Below, piece after piece: positions 28,301 through 51,500 of a stretch of DNA of 64,000 nucleotides. Position numbers and translations under genes: made by a program. The stretch spans positions 501,846 through 565,845 of the forward strand of contig NMRA01000004.1 in the NCBI GenBank assembly GCA_002633005.1. The letters are read 5' to 3'. This DNA is from Phoronis australis (lineage: Eukaryota; Animalia; Phoronida). Below the pieces are notes generated by a model. It saw only the letters and a list, made by a program, of their open reading frames with translations. It was not told the DNA's origin and did no database searches. Every line of letters starts with the position of its first letter. Positions within the stretch are counted from its first letter, which is position 1.

Positions 28301-30221
28301 TCTACTGACTTCTGCAGATCGTCGCTTTTCATAAGTTCAAATTGACCAATACCCGCTATCACTTGCCCTAGTTACGGTCCTGAGGGATCGAATTCGATCC
28401 TATGGCGACCCTGGTACGCATCTGCCAGTAAGAAGCCGCGAAAAAAGTGGAGATTGTTTAAGGTCCAAACTGGTGAAAAGCTGGGTATCACTTCAGACAA
28501 TTTCGTGGGAAAATGGTCAAATGGTCACAATTTTAAATAATTGGAAATGTTGCTACTTGTTCCTCCATATTTTGTCAGGATAACTTTAGCGGGAATCTCG
28601 CAAGGACAAACACATTCAGAATCGATGATGCAGTTTCATTCATTAACAACAGGTGTCGCTGTAACCTAGAGTTGAGCTAACATGTGTCAACCGGGAAATA
28701 GTGCGAACTGAAATTCAACGATAAAATACGGAGCAAACGCGGTATGGGATACATTAATTCATATATTTTTTGGAAAGATAACGTTGCGAGAAATCGAACG
28801 ATACCAAAATCACGCGTGTAGGTCAATGTCGTCATATTGTAAGTAAGTACTGGCAATTGTAGGCATTGACCATCGCCTCTGTTGGCCCGAACCAGAGGCG
28901 ATGCAGCTCCTATAATAGGCGCTCTGTGCGCCGGAAGCTTTTCGGCGAATTATGCCTCGCACTGACTAAACCATCAAAGTCACGTTGTTATAAATATCTT
29001 TTGCGCATAGAGGAACACCTTAAGAGGTTGCCGATGTGTTTAATTCCTTCCAACTCGAACAAATACTCCCGTTATGAAACTTTTTTTTCGAGCAGTCCCT
29101 ATTTCAGTTCCCAAAAGCGTGAAATCACCATTTTTATACTGCGCACGCTCCAATTTTTACCGCGCTCGCTAGGTGATGTGACTTCATGACCTCAATCTTT
29201 AAATAGGCCAAAGGTGAGCCATTGCAGTCTTGTCAGTCAAATGTTCATTTCCAAAATGCCACCACTTATACTTGTCTTTAATTGGCGTTACTTGAAACTG
29301 ATTGTATTTCAATGAATTATTGTTTGTATTTGATAAAAATAAATGCTGTTGATATGACATTTAATAGTCTTTGTGCACATTTTTGACATTTTAATGTTTA
29401 ACTACACGGCAAATGCACGGCTGGTTCCCGGCAGCACGTACGCAAAGGGCGGGAACTTCAGCTTTCAAAGTTCGCCGGTAGGACCGCAACTTCTGACCTT
29501 CGGCCTGGTTAAAAAAATGAAAATGTTGATTTCACGATTATGGTAACTGAAATAGGAACTGCTCGAAGAAAAAGTTTCATAACGGGAGTATTTGTTCGAG
29601 TTGGAAGGAATTAAACACGTCGACAACCTCCTAAGGTGTTCCTCTATGCGCAAAAGGTATTTATAACAACGTGACTTTGATGGTTTAGTCGGTGCGAGGA
29701 ATAATTCGCCAAAAAGCTTCCGGCGTACAGAGCGCCTATAGGAGCTGTATCGCCTCTGATTCGGGCCAACAGAGGCGATGGTCATTGCCTATGGCAATTG
29801 CTGCTTGGCAAGCTATTAAGAGAGGCTTTATATGACTGTATGTCACACCCACAAATCATAACACATATTTCCTTTATTTACTCGACGTCATATTTTATTT
29901 CCCCATTTATTTACCCACATCACCTGTATATTCAACTCTCAACTGAGTAGGTGACTGAGACGGCACTTGTCCAATATAGCAGTTACAAATTTTGTGAACA
30001 AGATTCACCCTCTGGTTCTCGAAACTCAAAATCAGCCGCCAATCCGCCATATTCGACAATGTCCGATTGAGCAGCTGAGACTGTCTACGCCGAACTTACC
30101 ATCCATTAATTGCATGCTTATGATTCACATCAACCCCTTCAGAAAGTAGCACCCGTACTTTGTCTTCTTCTCCACACGCACAAGCCTCTCTAAGCTTATC
30201 TTCTTGTGAGCAGGAGTTCAT
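22337..30221 (-). CDS. ANKRD40: Ankyrin repeat domain-containing protein 40
   Basis: Exons 30221-30100 (MNSCSQEDKLREACACG...GVDVNHKHAINGW), 26897-26749 (TALHWAAKRG...GADSSLETAKGEVAVQLT), 26273-26052 (LPITANYLSHPKFPY), 22632-22337 (ELVLKVRIAN...DYIEIELDR...KIRKQPDTIVRKDKDIQRLIDFQELELVL, TAG). Matches the ANKRD40 N-terminal ankyrin region and its conserved C-terminal domain. Confidence 0.92.
23935..25194. mobile_element. Non-autonomous PIF/Harbinger-like element (TTA target duplication) containing a nested LINE fragment
   Basis: About 41-bp TIRs GGGCTGTTCCAGCAAAATCTGTATGGGAGG... / ...CCTCCCACATGGATTTTACTGGAACAGCCC, flanked by TTA on both sides. Confidence 0.75.
24284..24917 (+). mobile_element. 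LINE 5' end with L1-type ORF1 (Transposase_22/L1TD1-like), cut by an assembly gap
   Basis: ORF 24357-24917+: coiled coil followed by SRRNNLVFVGIP...FERVHPIG...IIAKF...KIFVNEDFP, typical of the ORF1 RRM/CTD. Preceded by GACTTCCGGTAAAATGGCG, an ETS+YY1-like internal promoter. Gap at 24918-24970. Confidence 0.8.
27061..27142 (-). mobile_element. tRNA-like SINE head, degraded
   Basis: Minus strand ggcaaccctggttcaagtc is B-box-like; related to the copy at 27992-28073. Confidence 0.4.
27831..27932. mobile_element. ~100-bp hairpin MITE
   Basis: ctggtcgaatatagcggtccctgattttgagaac / gttctcaatatcagggactgctatatccgaccag; a related degraded copy lies near 29965-30062. Confidence 0.7.
27992..28073 (-). 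mobile_element. tRNA-like SINE head, degraded
   Basis: Minus strand TGGCTGAACAGTTCGG (A-box-like) ... GGCAGCCCTGGTTCATGTCTC (B-box-like). Confidence 0.4.
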
Positions 30222-30589
30222 TGCTTAAAAATCGCCACAAAAATTTGTCAAGACTCAGCGGGTGACATGGAAGAAAAGCAGACAGCTATCGATCTCGCTC
30301 TATATCGTGCATACAGAAATTATTCTCAACATCTTCAGCAAGAATATTTCTACATTTTAAGAATTCAAAATATAGATTTCAGACAATTATATGAAAAATT
30401 GTAACTTTTTACCTAAATGCATCACAAAAATATGAAATAAAAAATAGTAGAGCATGATGGGATTTGTACTTGTCCACCATTTTACTCTTGTTCGACCCTC
30501 TTCGTTCGAATATTTCGGAACTTTTGTTTTAAAAAAACAAGCAGCGAGGTGGTCTTGATTTCGTTTTTACGTCACATCAAACGAATATA
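30222..30589. promoter_or_regulatory. Bidirectional promoter and 5' UTRs of ANKRD40/U2AF2
   Basis: Start codons are only 368 bp apart, head to head; TTACGTCA CRE-like motif near 30567. Confidence 0.7.
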
Positions 30590-41782
<11,193 letters not shown>

Positions 41783-44700
41783 AAATGACGCAACTTGGTA
41801 ATTTAGGAACAGGTCCAAACCATGTACCTGCATTATCAACCTCAACATTCTCCAGTTAGTATCTGTGCTCGTGCCTGGGAAATTCTTATAGCAGCAAAAC
41901 AGTTTTAGTTGCACCTGAAGCAGCATGCATTGGTGTTATAGTGAACATCATCCCAATATTACTAAGCTTGAGTTTTGAACTCTTTCACTTAGGATTTTCT
42001 GACAAGTTTTAGTCGAGATTTTGTGGAGCCGTAGCTCTTTCTTCAATGCGAATCCAAGAAAAATTGTTTAGTTCCCTTTGACAGATTTTGGTTCTCGGAT
42101 TCCTATGAAAAATATGAAAAAGTTCGGCTTATCAAGCAAGTCAGAGACAAGGTTAATTGATGAAGAGGTTGGTTATGTCGTAAGATACATTTCTTGAAGA
42201 TCATTTATTCAGCTAAACCCAGCAGCTGCATAACCAATTCATGAACTCGAACAAAAGTTTGAGATTCAGGGTTGGTGTTCCGACTACCCTCAGCTATGTA
42301 GAGATTATTTGCAATTTTTTAGTAGTACCCGATTTTGTACTTAGTTGATTTGTGTTTACTGCAATATTAAAACTCCTGCAGGCATCATGGTTTCTTGAAG
42401 ATTACTGTTAAAAAAATTATTTTCTAACCCCAAAAATGGTCCTCTTTGTTGAAACATTCAAATAGCTGTAGATGGAAACAATTAAACATCACATTGAATA
42501 CCATTATTCCATAGTAGATCTGTTTGTTATTGTGTACAGCAGGAATATTTGAAATAAATGTTGGAATTTTATTTGGTAGTTTTCAGGCCATCTCCGTCAT
42601 CTTGTCGTATTGGAATAAAATTCAATAACAGCCACATGCAGAATTATGGGCAAAAAAAATAAAACCACGTCGGTTTGTTTGTGAACATGTGTTAAGTCCT
42701 GCACTCTGCTAATTAGGTTTGGCTGAAATTGCAATAGTTCAGAGTGGTAAAAATCAAGTGGGCAATGGTGAATCTTATTGCTGTGTAATTAGGAATGCCA
42801 ACTGGCAGTAGTAGAAAAAAGTTTAGTATCCCAAACATGAACCAAAACGAAGGTTTTCAAAGGTGGTGCTGTGGGGAGGGGAGCAGGATGAACACATCAA
42901 ACTTCATCTAGTTCCATTATGTTGCATGTAAGTCCAATAGCAACCAAGGTCACTGTTCCACTATCTGATAACACAGGCCATTGTTGAATCTGCTGTGGCC
43001 ATATTAATAACTGATCAGGAGACAGGACACGCAAACGTACATAAAGTCTATTTTATTAGATGTTGTAGAGGTTTAACAATTTATATCCATGTCACAACCA
43101 TACATAAACAGTATCCAACTTTACATTATTGTTGATGCGCTGAATCTCGCAGAGTAAAACTAGAGAGTAATTTTGATCCAGTTTTACATTGTGCAATTAC
43201 CAGCTTACCACTGATGCGACTCACTGACAAAGTGCAGTTTGATGAGCTCATAAACAAGTCTTTCTCATCTAAGCTAATGTTGATTCTAGCTCTCTTAACT
43301 AACAGTTGAACGGTGTTACAACATGCCTGATAAGCAATGTTCACTCACTTGTACTATTACATTCAAGAAGTCCCTTGTCAACTGCAACGAACCCTTCACA
43401 AAAGTGCTAGGATATTTGTTGTAACACGGCTCCACAGTACATGTGTTGCAACAAGTTACTGCATATTTTGTCACCCAGATTACACCACTATTATAAATGA
43501 AGTAGTTCACAAGAACATTAAAGCGAGACATTCGTTAACAGCAATATATAATCTAAAACCCTGGTTTATTCAGCAACAAGTGGTAAAATCTCAAAGAGCA
43601 AAACAACTGGGACATTAATGGCAATCATTTTAAGCATTTTGCTTCACTTAACAGGCCAACTCCCTAAATCGTGATGGTTTAGACATGTCTGGACAAACCC
43701 TGGATAAACACTGTTGAGTCCCCTGCATGCAATTGATACTCAAATGCAGAATATTGCTTCAATGTTCGCTGACATCTATGCAAAGAGGCACACGAGTGTG
43801 GAGCAAATCCAGATTCAAGAAGCAATTTGAATTTAAAATCAACGGAAAATGCAAAAATGAGCACTATACTAGATCTTCCTAGTTCAAAAAATGACCATAA
43901 CACATTTTTGTGCTGTAACATCAGCAAATGTGAAACACAATTCCACAAAAAAAAACTTGGAAGTCAGCAAGTGTCACAGATTAGGTAAGGTATCTTTCCA
44001 TAGAAATGCCTGTATTCAGGAAAATCACGTGTTCCCAAGGTGAAGAACTGTTTTCTCTCGATCTACTCGGACGTCAAAAAGTGCATGGCACTTTTATTTA
44101 TTTATTTATTAACACTACTAAGAGAACATCCAGTTGTCGATTGTTAGTAGGTTCAATTCTTCAAACATGATTCTAAATTTGGGTGTTCATCATAGATTGC
44201 ATAAAAATTATATTGCTTCAATGGCATAATCTAATACGCTGTAAAATCAATACAACTGTATTTCCACTCAACATTAGAAAAAGAAATTTGACAGTACATG
44301 ATCTTTTGGCTAAAAACAGCATTTAAAGCTCTTTTATGACATCATAAAGGAATCTGGCATTCCACTCCAAAATGACAAGATCAGATGTTTGCTTTCACCT
44401 GCTTGTGAAGTGGTCTCGTGAGCTCTTGCTAACAGGAAGCCATTCTTGCCTCCAAATGTCTGGTAATAAGCTAAGCAGTCAAAATTCTGTGACCGATGCA
44501 TTTTATTTTATTTTTGTGTTACAAGACAACTAAACGAGAAGTGACTAATAAGACACTACTGTTGACTAATATCACACAACACATCTAAACCTGTCACTTC
44601 TAGACTGCCCGACTACTAATACTCGACAGTGAGAACACATCAAAGAGTCAGACGTGTGATACTGAGGTCACCATAACCCATAGCAATTACTAGTCAAAAA

Positions 44701-45541
44701 TAAGAACAAGCCGATCATCAACTTGAAAAACCGATCTGCAAAAAAGCTTTTTGTATATTTACAGCAAATATATGAAACTATAATTCAATTATAATACACC
44801 AGTTGACAGTGTGCTTGCTTTTGAAAGTCCCAACGATTCATGTAGTTATGAAATGATGGAAATAGATAATTACTGAAATGATGATCAATTGTGTCGTCAT
44901 TGAAGATGAGCTTTAAGTACAGGCTTGCTGTTTGGTTTCATAACGTAGACATGAACAGTCTCCTCATACAACAAAATGGTTTGGCATTTATTTAAATACA
45001 ACTTAAAAGTTATAATTGTGAATGACATTGGTGGGAGTGATCAGTCAGACCACCAGAAAGAAATGCGCAACAAGGGGAGACAAATGGTATAGTGCACTGA
45101 TGCTGCATTGCCAACAGGTTTTTAGATCACTCAGCTATTGACTACAATGATCGTTAAGACTTTCATGACCAATAGGCAATGCCTGATCCATGTGAATAAA
45201 ATGTGTAGTGATGTATATCTGGGAGGGCAAACACTGCATTGCTTCTATACAATAGTCATTCAGATCACACTAACCTTCCAAAAACCACAGAGAGACGGTA
45301 AGAAGATGTTTCACTGAACACGTTGTGACCCTTTTATCCTACCTTTTGTCAAAGAATTTTAAAATAGGCATAAAATTCAAGACGATAAGAGAAACACTGA
45401 CATGGCCTTGCCCTTTGGTACATGTAAAACGATCGTTCTCTGTTGAAACAGACTCCTGGGACCAAAGCGTTGCCTATTCATCCACAAAGAAGTACACAAT
45501 TACCTTATTGAAAATACAAATCTATAGCCATGCCTCTTTCA

Positions 45542-48500
45542 CTATTGTGCGTCAGCTGGCTTTTTGAAGTCAAGAACCCTAGAGACAAAGCCAGCCATAT
45601 CCACCTCTTCATTTTCGTACTTCAGAAGGAATGGGTGTAGAAGCAATTCCTCATACTTTGGCCGAGAGCGGTAGTCCTTCAGCAGGCTGTTAGGAGAAAT
45701 AGAACACATTACACCCTTGAGACCTGTTCTGCCATGCACACTAGAGCTAAACATCATGGTTGAAGCAACCATTCTGGATATTGTGGCCAGTATATTCCAT
45801 GACCCGTTTCAACTGTTTCGCTGTTAATGAGTTTAAATTTTTTACATTCAATTGGTGAGTTTGAAAAACAATGCATTGAGTCTGAATTCATGGGAGAATT
45901 TGAATATTAATTTACAGGGAATATTGACATGCAACTGACGAATTCCACTTGGTCTAAGCTTTTATCATGTGAAACCATGAATCCTAATTTACCATATTAA
46001 AAAGCTCTAACACATATATTTTACAAAAATTCAAACATAAACGATGCTATGAGTACACTCAATATTGCAGTATTTGTAAACCCTAGGTCAAGATTATGAT
46101 TTTTGGCTAACATTCAAAAAATTTTAACTTCAAAAGGGAACTGTATTTTATTCTGAATAAATTTTGCATAGTTTTCTACGAGTTGTTGATTAATTTCACT
46201 AATAATTCAACAGCAAAAAGTAAACTTATATTTTCTAATGGAACTAAAAAAAATCATCCGCTTGGGGTGCTGCTTCTCGTGATCATTTGGTGGGGTAAAG
46301 TCTGTGTCTTATTTTAGCGTGCAGTCAAGTGGCGTTCTTCAAATTGTCGGAATAATAAATTTTAGCGTGAAATATCGCGTCAACAGCCATCTCCTAAAAT
46401 GTTGTGATATCTTTCGTGCGATGACAGCTTCGAAGCAGTAAGGTTTGTTCTAAAATTCGGTTTTCTGGTATTAAAATACTAAAAACTTGTAACGAAATGA
46501 AGCAAGTTCCGACAATTTGTTGTGACATGTACGCAACCTCATGCTGACAGCAAAGAACAGTTGATAAAAGAATCGCGCAGAAAAGAAACTGGTCAAGATC
46601 AGGTGACACAATAGCCAAAAGTCTACCCAAAAGAACGCAGCACAATTTTAGCAGCAGCCGATGAACCACAGAATGCTAAATTTTCCAACAAAGGTAAGTT
46701 AGTTAGTTTACTCAAGATAGTAGTTTTAATGAAACTAATTTTGAGTCAGATTTTATCTAGTCAGCTTTTTCCCACATTGGCGCAAAGCTAGGCCGGGCAA
46801 CCAATGGTATGCCATGTCCCTCCCCTTAGAAAACACTTTTTACAAAGTTCAAACAACCAGCAGCTATACAAAAAGGCAAGGCGAAACTTTTACAACACTG
46901 CAGCAAACAATAAAAACAAGAACAGCTGATGACGATAAAATACGATGTAAACTCTTCACAATGTGGCACAGCAATATGTCATAAGCAGTCAATGCCCCAC
47001 CAGCCACGTCAATGACATATCAGCCATTGCTGTCAGGATTTCAGTGTTTTGACAATTAATATGAATCAGCTTTTGTTTGGCACGCAACCCGAGCAAATGT
47101 GACTTTATTTGTATGTTAGAACCAGTTAACTGCAGCATTATTTTTACTCCAGTCTCCTTTTAAATGTTGTCTAACAGTTTAAATTCAATTTGATGATTTT
47201 CAAACACTGAACTTAAGTTTGCAGCACTTGTTCTGATTTTTTTCAACAAAAACGATCTTTTTCATGAAATTAATTAAACTTTAATGAAAGTTAACTTGCC
47301 TTTCTTATACATCATGTACTGCTCGCGAATTTGCAACTATCCTTCAAACCCATTATCAGACAAATCGTGAAACGCATCATACTTCCAATCTAAATCAGAC
47401 AAAAAGAGTATGATGTAAAGCTTTGCTCCGGAACTAAAAAGGTGTTGCGGAAATCAACCAAAGAGTGACCTACCATTTCACAATGAAGTCTTCGAACACT
47501 GGTGAAAATGTATCGGCAGGTAACTTTGGTGGATCATCCTCCACAACGCACTTTAACTGCTCAAAAGGAGTCTTGAAAGTCTCATAGGGGAATTTTCCAA
47601 TAGCTAGCTCCACCTAAACATTATTGGGAAAACAGTTAAAACAAGAGTTTGCCTCCACACTGAAAAATGTCGATAACATATCTTTTCATATTTATACATA
47701 TTTTCGGATTTGGCATTGCTTAATTAATATAACATAAACAACAATAAAATCTTGCAGTTAAATACAAGTGATTGAAACCGTGTTTCCATAGCACTTACGA
47801 ATTTTGTGTACTTTAACATGTTTTACCAACTAATAATTGTATTTATCAAAACAATTGTTCATAAGAAAGGAATTCCCCATTGGTAAGATTGCTGCAGCTG
47901 GCAACTTGCAGTTAAAATACAAAAATACAAGAGACAAACTAATGGACAAAAACATCTCAGTTATTCTAAGAAACCTTAACAGTCATAAATATCCGGTGAT
48001 ATCACAAACAATTTGGTAACGTTTTACCAAGACAATGTGAAAAATACAACCACACTCACCAACGTTATACCAAAGCTCCAAACATCAGACCGAATGTCAT
48101 AAGACTTTTGATCCTTCCCAGGATTAATTCTCTCCGGCTGGAAAAAAAAATAAACTGAAGTTACTGCCAGTGTAGTGATAAGCGGTACTACGTGGGATGT
48201 GACTCATCAATAAAGCATGTTGTTGCTTACGAATATACTAACTGAAAGGCACTAAATGTAATGTTTGCCCACACAAAATTGTCAAGAGACTGATACCGAT
48301 GTATCAGCGTCACATGACATGGACGAAATGACTGAAAGTTGACATGCAGCTCCCTATATGTAAGCCATTTAAAGGGGAACGTAACCATTTTTGATGTTAA
48401 GTTTATGAAAAATACAGACCCTGATTTTCTGGGAGGTACATTTTTCTTTGTAAATTTCTGTACCGCAGTGGCCGCTGTTAGAGACTCAACTAAGTTCCCT

Positions 48501-51500
48501 AAATCTTTTGCATATTTGTTTCTCACGTAAATCACATATGTAATATTCTTCTATCATTTTGTCTTTATTATAAAACCCTCTTGGACCAGTGACAATTTTT
48601 AATAACATAACTAAAAACGAGTCCTTAATTAAATAACAAGAGCAACGTAGAGCGTTGAAATGCGCCCACAAAAGCACCCCAAATAGCGTTTATTTGTATC
48701 ATAAAAATGTCCACTAGATGGAGCAAAATACGTCGCATCCATCTGAAAACTGGTATATGTCATCAAAGCTATTTACCAAATTTCATAAAAACATGTCAAG
48801 GAACTTCTGAGATATCGAGGAAAACAGAAAAAACGAAATTGCCACGTGGTGGCTATGGTTGCAAAGCATAACATATCTGCCACTAGGAGGTGCCACAGTA
48901 GATGAAGTCGTCGGAAAATCATCAACTGTCCTCTTCACACAAAGAACATATGCCAATTTTCCCAATCATCCTAAGAGTGATTTGGTTGACAGATGGCTGG
49001 GTGCCAAAAACAGACTAGAAAATGGCAAAACGACCACTAGATGTCATCATTTCAATGGGAAGCTATTTATCAAATTTCATAAAAATCCATCAAGCAGCTT
49101 GGTAATGATACTTAAACAGCATAATAAAGGGCAATCAGTGTTTTCACAAGCCCACAACTACACAGTAGATTTAGGGAACTTGGTCGAGTCCCTATTTGGG
49201 ACTGTTTCATGCAACCGGACACTGGCGTCTATTTACTACCAATGAAATAATAGAAAGTGATGTGAACAGCTTAGTAAAAGGTCCAAATTTGTATCACCCT
49301 TCATTTCTATTGAGCAAAAACGTAATGTCCCACATGCTATTGAACACAGTCTATGTCGGCCAGCCATGTTTACATTATGGAATGCAGAACCAAGATGTTT
49401 TATGTCACATTCACAGTAATAAGGGTCCCCGCATTTTGAGATCCAGTTTTATCCACAAAATAACGAGCATCAAACTGATGCTCAAAATAGAAGATCCCCA
49501 TAAGTGACTATTGTCGTAAATACAATTATAAACATGGAAAACATCTCTCCAACATAACCAGGGATCTATACCTTTCTGAAAGGTAACTTCAAAAATAGCT
49601 ATTTTCCTGTTTAAGTATAGCCAACAACATGCTCCTGAAGCTTGACTTATTCGTAACAAAGCAATATATGTTTAAGTCATTTCAATTTAATATCAATTCA
49701 TAATTAACAAAAGACACTCTAAATCATGCAGTTTCAGACCAGCACATATAATGGGAAATGGGATTTGCGTCTGCATTTTTATGTGAAGTTTAGGCACATA
49801 TACTGATATGAAAAACAACTCTCGAGCAAGTCTTAAAAAATATTTTTATAGAAAAAAGGTACACTAGTATAAATACCCCCAACATAAATAAATGATAATT
49901 GTTAGCAAAGACATACTGCCATGTAGGGTTTGCAGCCAGCGTCGATCGTTTTGGCGACAGAATCAACAAGATGGCCGCTGATACCGAAATCACAGATCTT
50001 GACCTCTCCTTGCCTATTTATAAGAATGTTGGAAGGCTTCACATCTCTGTGTATCACTTTGAGTTCTGACTGGAGATAATGTAATGCTTTCACAACCTGA
50101 AAGAAGTACAAGAGTTAGTTACATGAGCTTGGTCTTGTAAAAGAATTTCAGTTACAAGGAACATCAACAAATGATTATATAAATAAGAACTGAATAAAGA
50201 GAACTCAGAAAGCAAATTCACTAAACTACTGACAGTATCACATAACACGATCAGTCATGAACGCATTTTGTGTCACAGGCGGATTTAGAAGGGTTAGAAA
50301 ACTTGTCTGTTTTTAGAAAAGTTTCCTTCGATATTATGGTTGCCCTTTTGCGGCATCACTGTACTATAAGTTAATATGCATTCAACAGATTGGCTCTTTC
50401 AATCAGTCAACATGGTTTGTATTATCAGAGCTAAAATTTTATCTCAGAAATCCAAAAATCTGCATAAGATCATTGATTTGAATTTTTCATTTAATTATTG
50501 CTCCTTAGGATTGGAGACACTTGAACAGACAGATCACAATGAAATATGCCTGAATAAAACTGTTCCTAAGTATTTGAAACAAAACTAAACAAACCTCTTT
50601 TTAAGAACATGCTCAGTCACCTTACCATCACAAACACAAAAAACATGGCTCACACTTATGAAACTGGTCACAGGCCTCTTAACTCAGTTCACCAACACAA
50701 ACTCATGACCCCCCCTCACAAACTCATGCCCCCCCTCACAAAACACGGATTACGCAACCCAAAAAGTACAGCTGGAAGACTCATATCCACTAACAAACAC
50801 ATGAATGCACAGTGGACTATGAGTATGAGCCATACTGGTCAGTAGCTGTGCTTTTTGGGTGCGAAAGTCGCATTTAGTAAGTCTGAGCACGAGTTTGTGA
50901 CTCACTGAACTGAGTTCACAGACCATGGTTCAGTGAGTCACAAACCATGAGCTATGTTTATAAGTGAGGAACTGTATTTATAAGTACATGAGCCACGTTG
51001 TTGGAATAGTCTGAATATGAACTCTAGACTAGATCTACAGGCAACATAACGAAATATGTTTTATGGTTGGTGGTCAATGTTCAGCACCACCTACAGTTCA
51101 CTTCTGTGATTTGGTTGGATAATTTATTTACTTAGTCAGATTTCATGTGTCAGTATAAATACTTTGCCATCAAATCATCGCTGGTGTATTGTGGGATATC
51201 CATATGATTCACAAAAAAATCAAACACAACAAAAAATTTTGTTTTGGTCAACTCGGCCCATCTAGTTTAAAACAATCTGAAATTGGTCAACCTCAAGTCG
51301 CGTCCACGTTCTCATGATGCTAAAGAACTACATGTCAGATATTTCCTATCAAATTATGAGACAGTACCAAAATACGCCCACAGCTGAGGGTGACCTAGCC
51401 AACTTACAGCAAACGCTACTTTTCCTAGTATACTCTCTGGTATTGACTCTTTCATGTCCTCGTAGACCTTCCTATAGAATTTGTCCAGAGAAGTGTCCAT

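Larger units (their letters stand above)
27270..29790. repeat. Cluster of inverted copies of two repeat units in ANKRD40 intron 1
   Basis: Unit A at about 27270-27545(+), 27620-27830(-), 28861-29137(+) and 29518-29790(-); the ORF track shows near-identical pseudo-peptides RRKLFGELCL...SKSRCYK on both strands. Unit B at about 28068-28235 and 28690-28859, inverted. Confidence 0.85.

Noticed and set aside
27233-29785. Three similar ORFs (RRKLFGELCL...SKSRCYK) suggesting a small gene family
   Set aside because: They are translations of non-coding inverted repeat copies, with non-ATG starts and no splice support.
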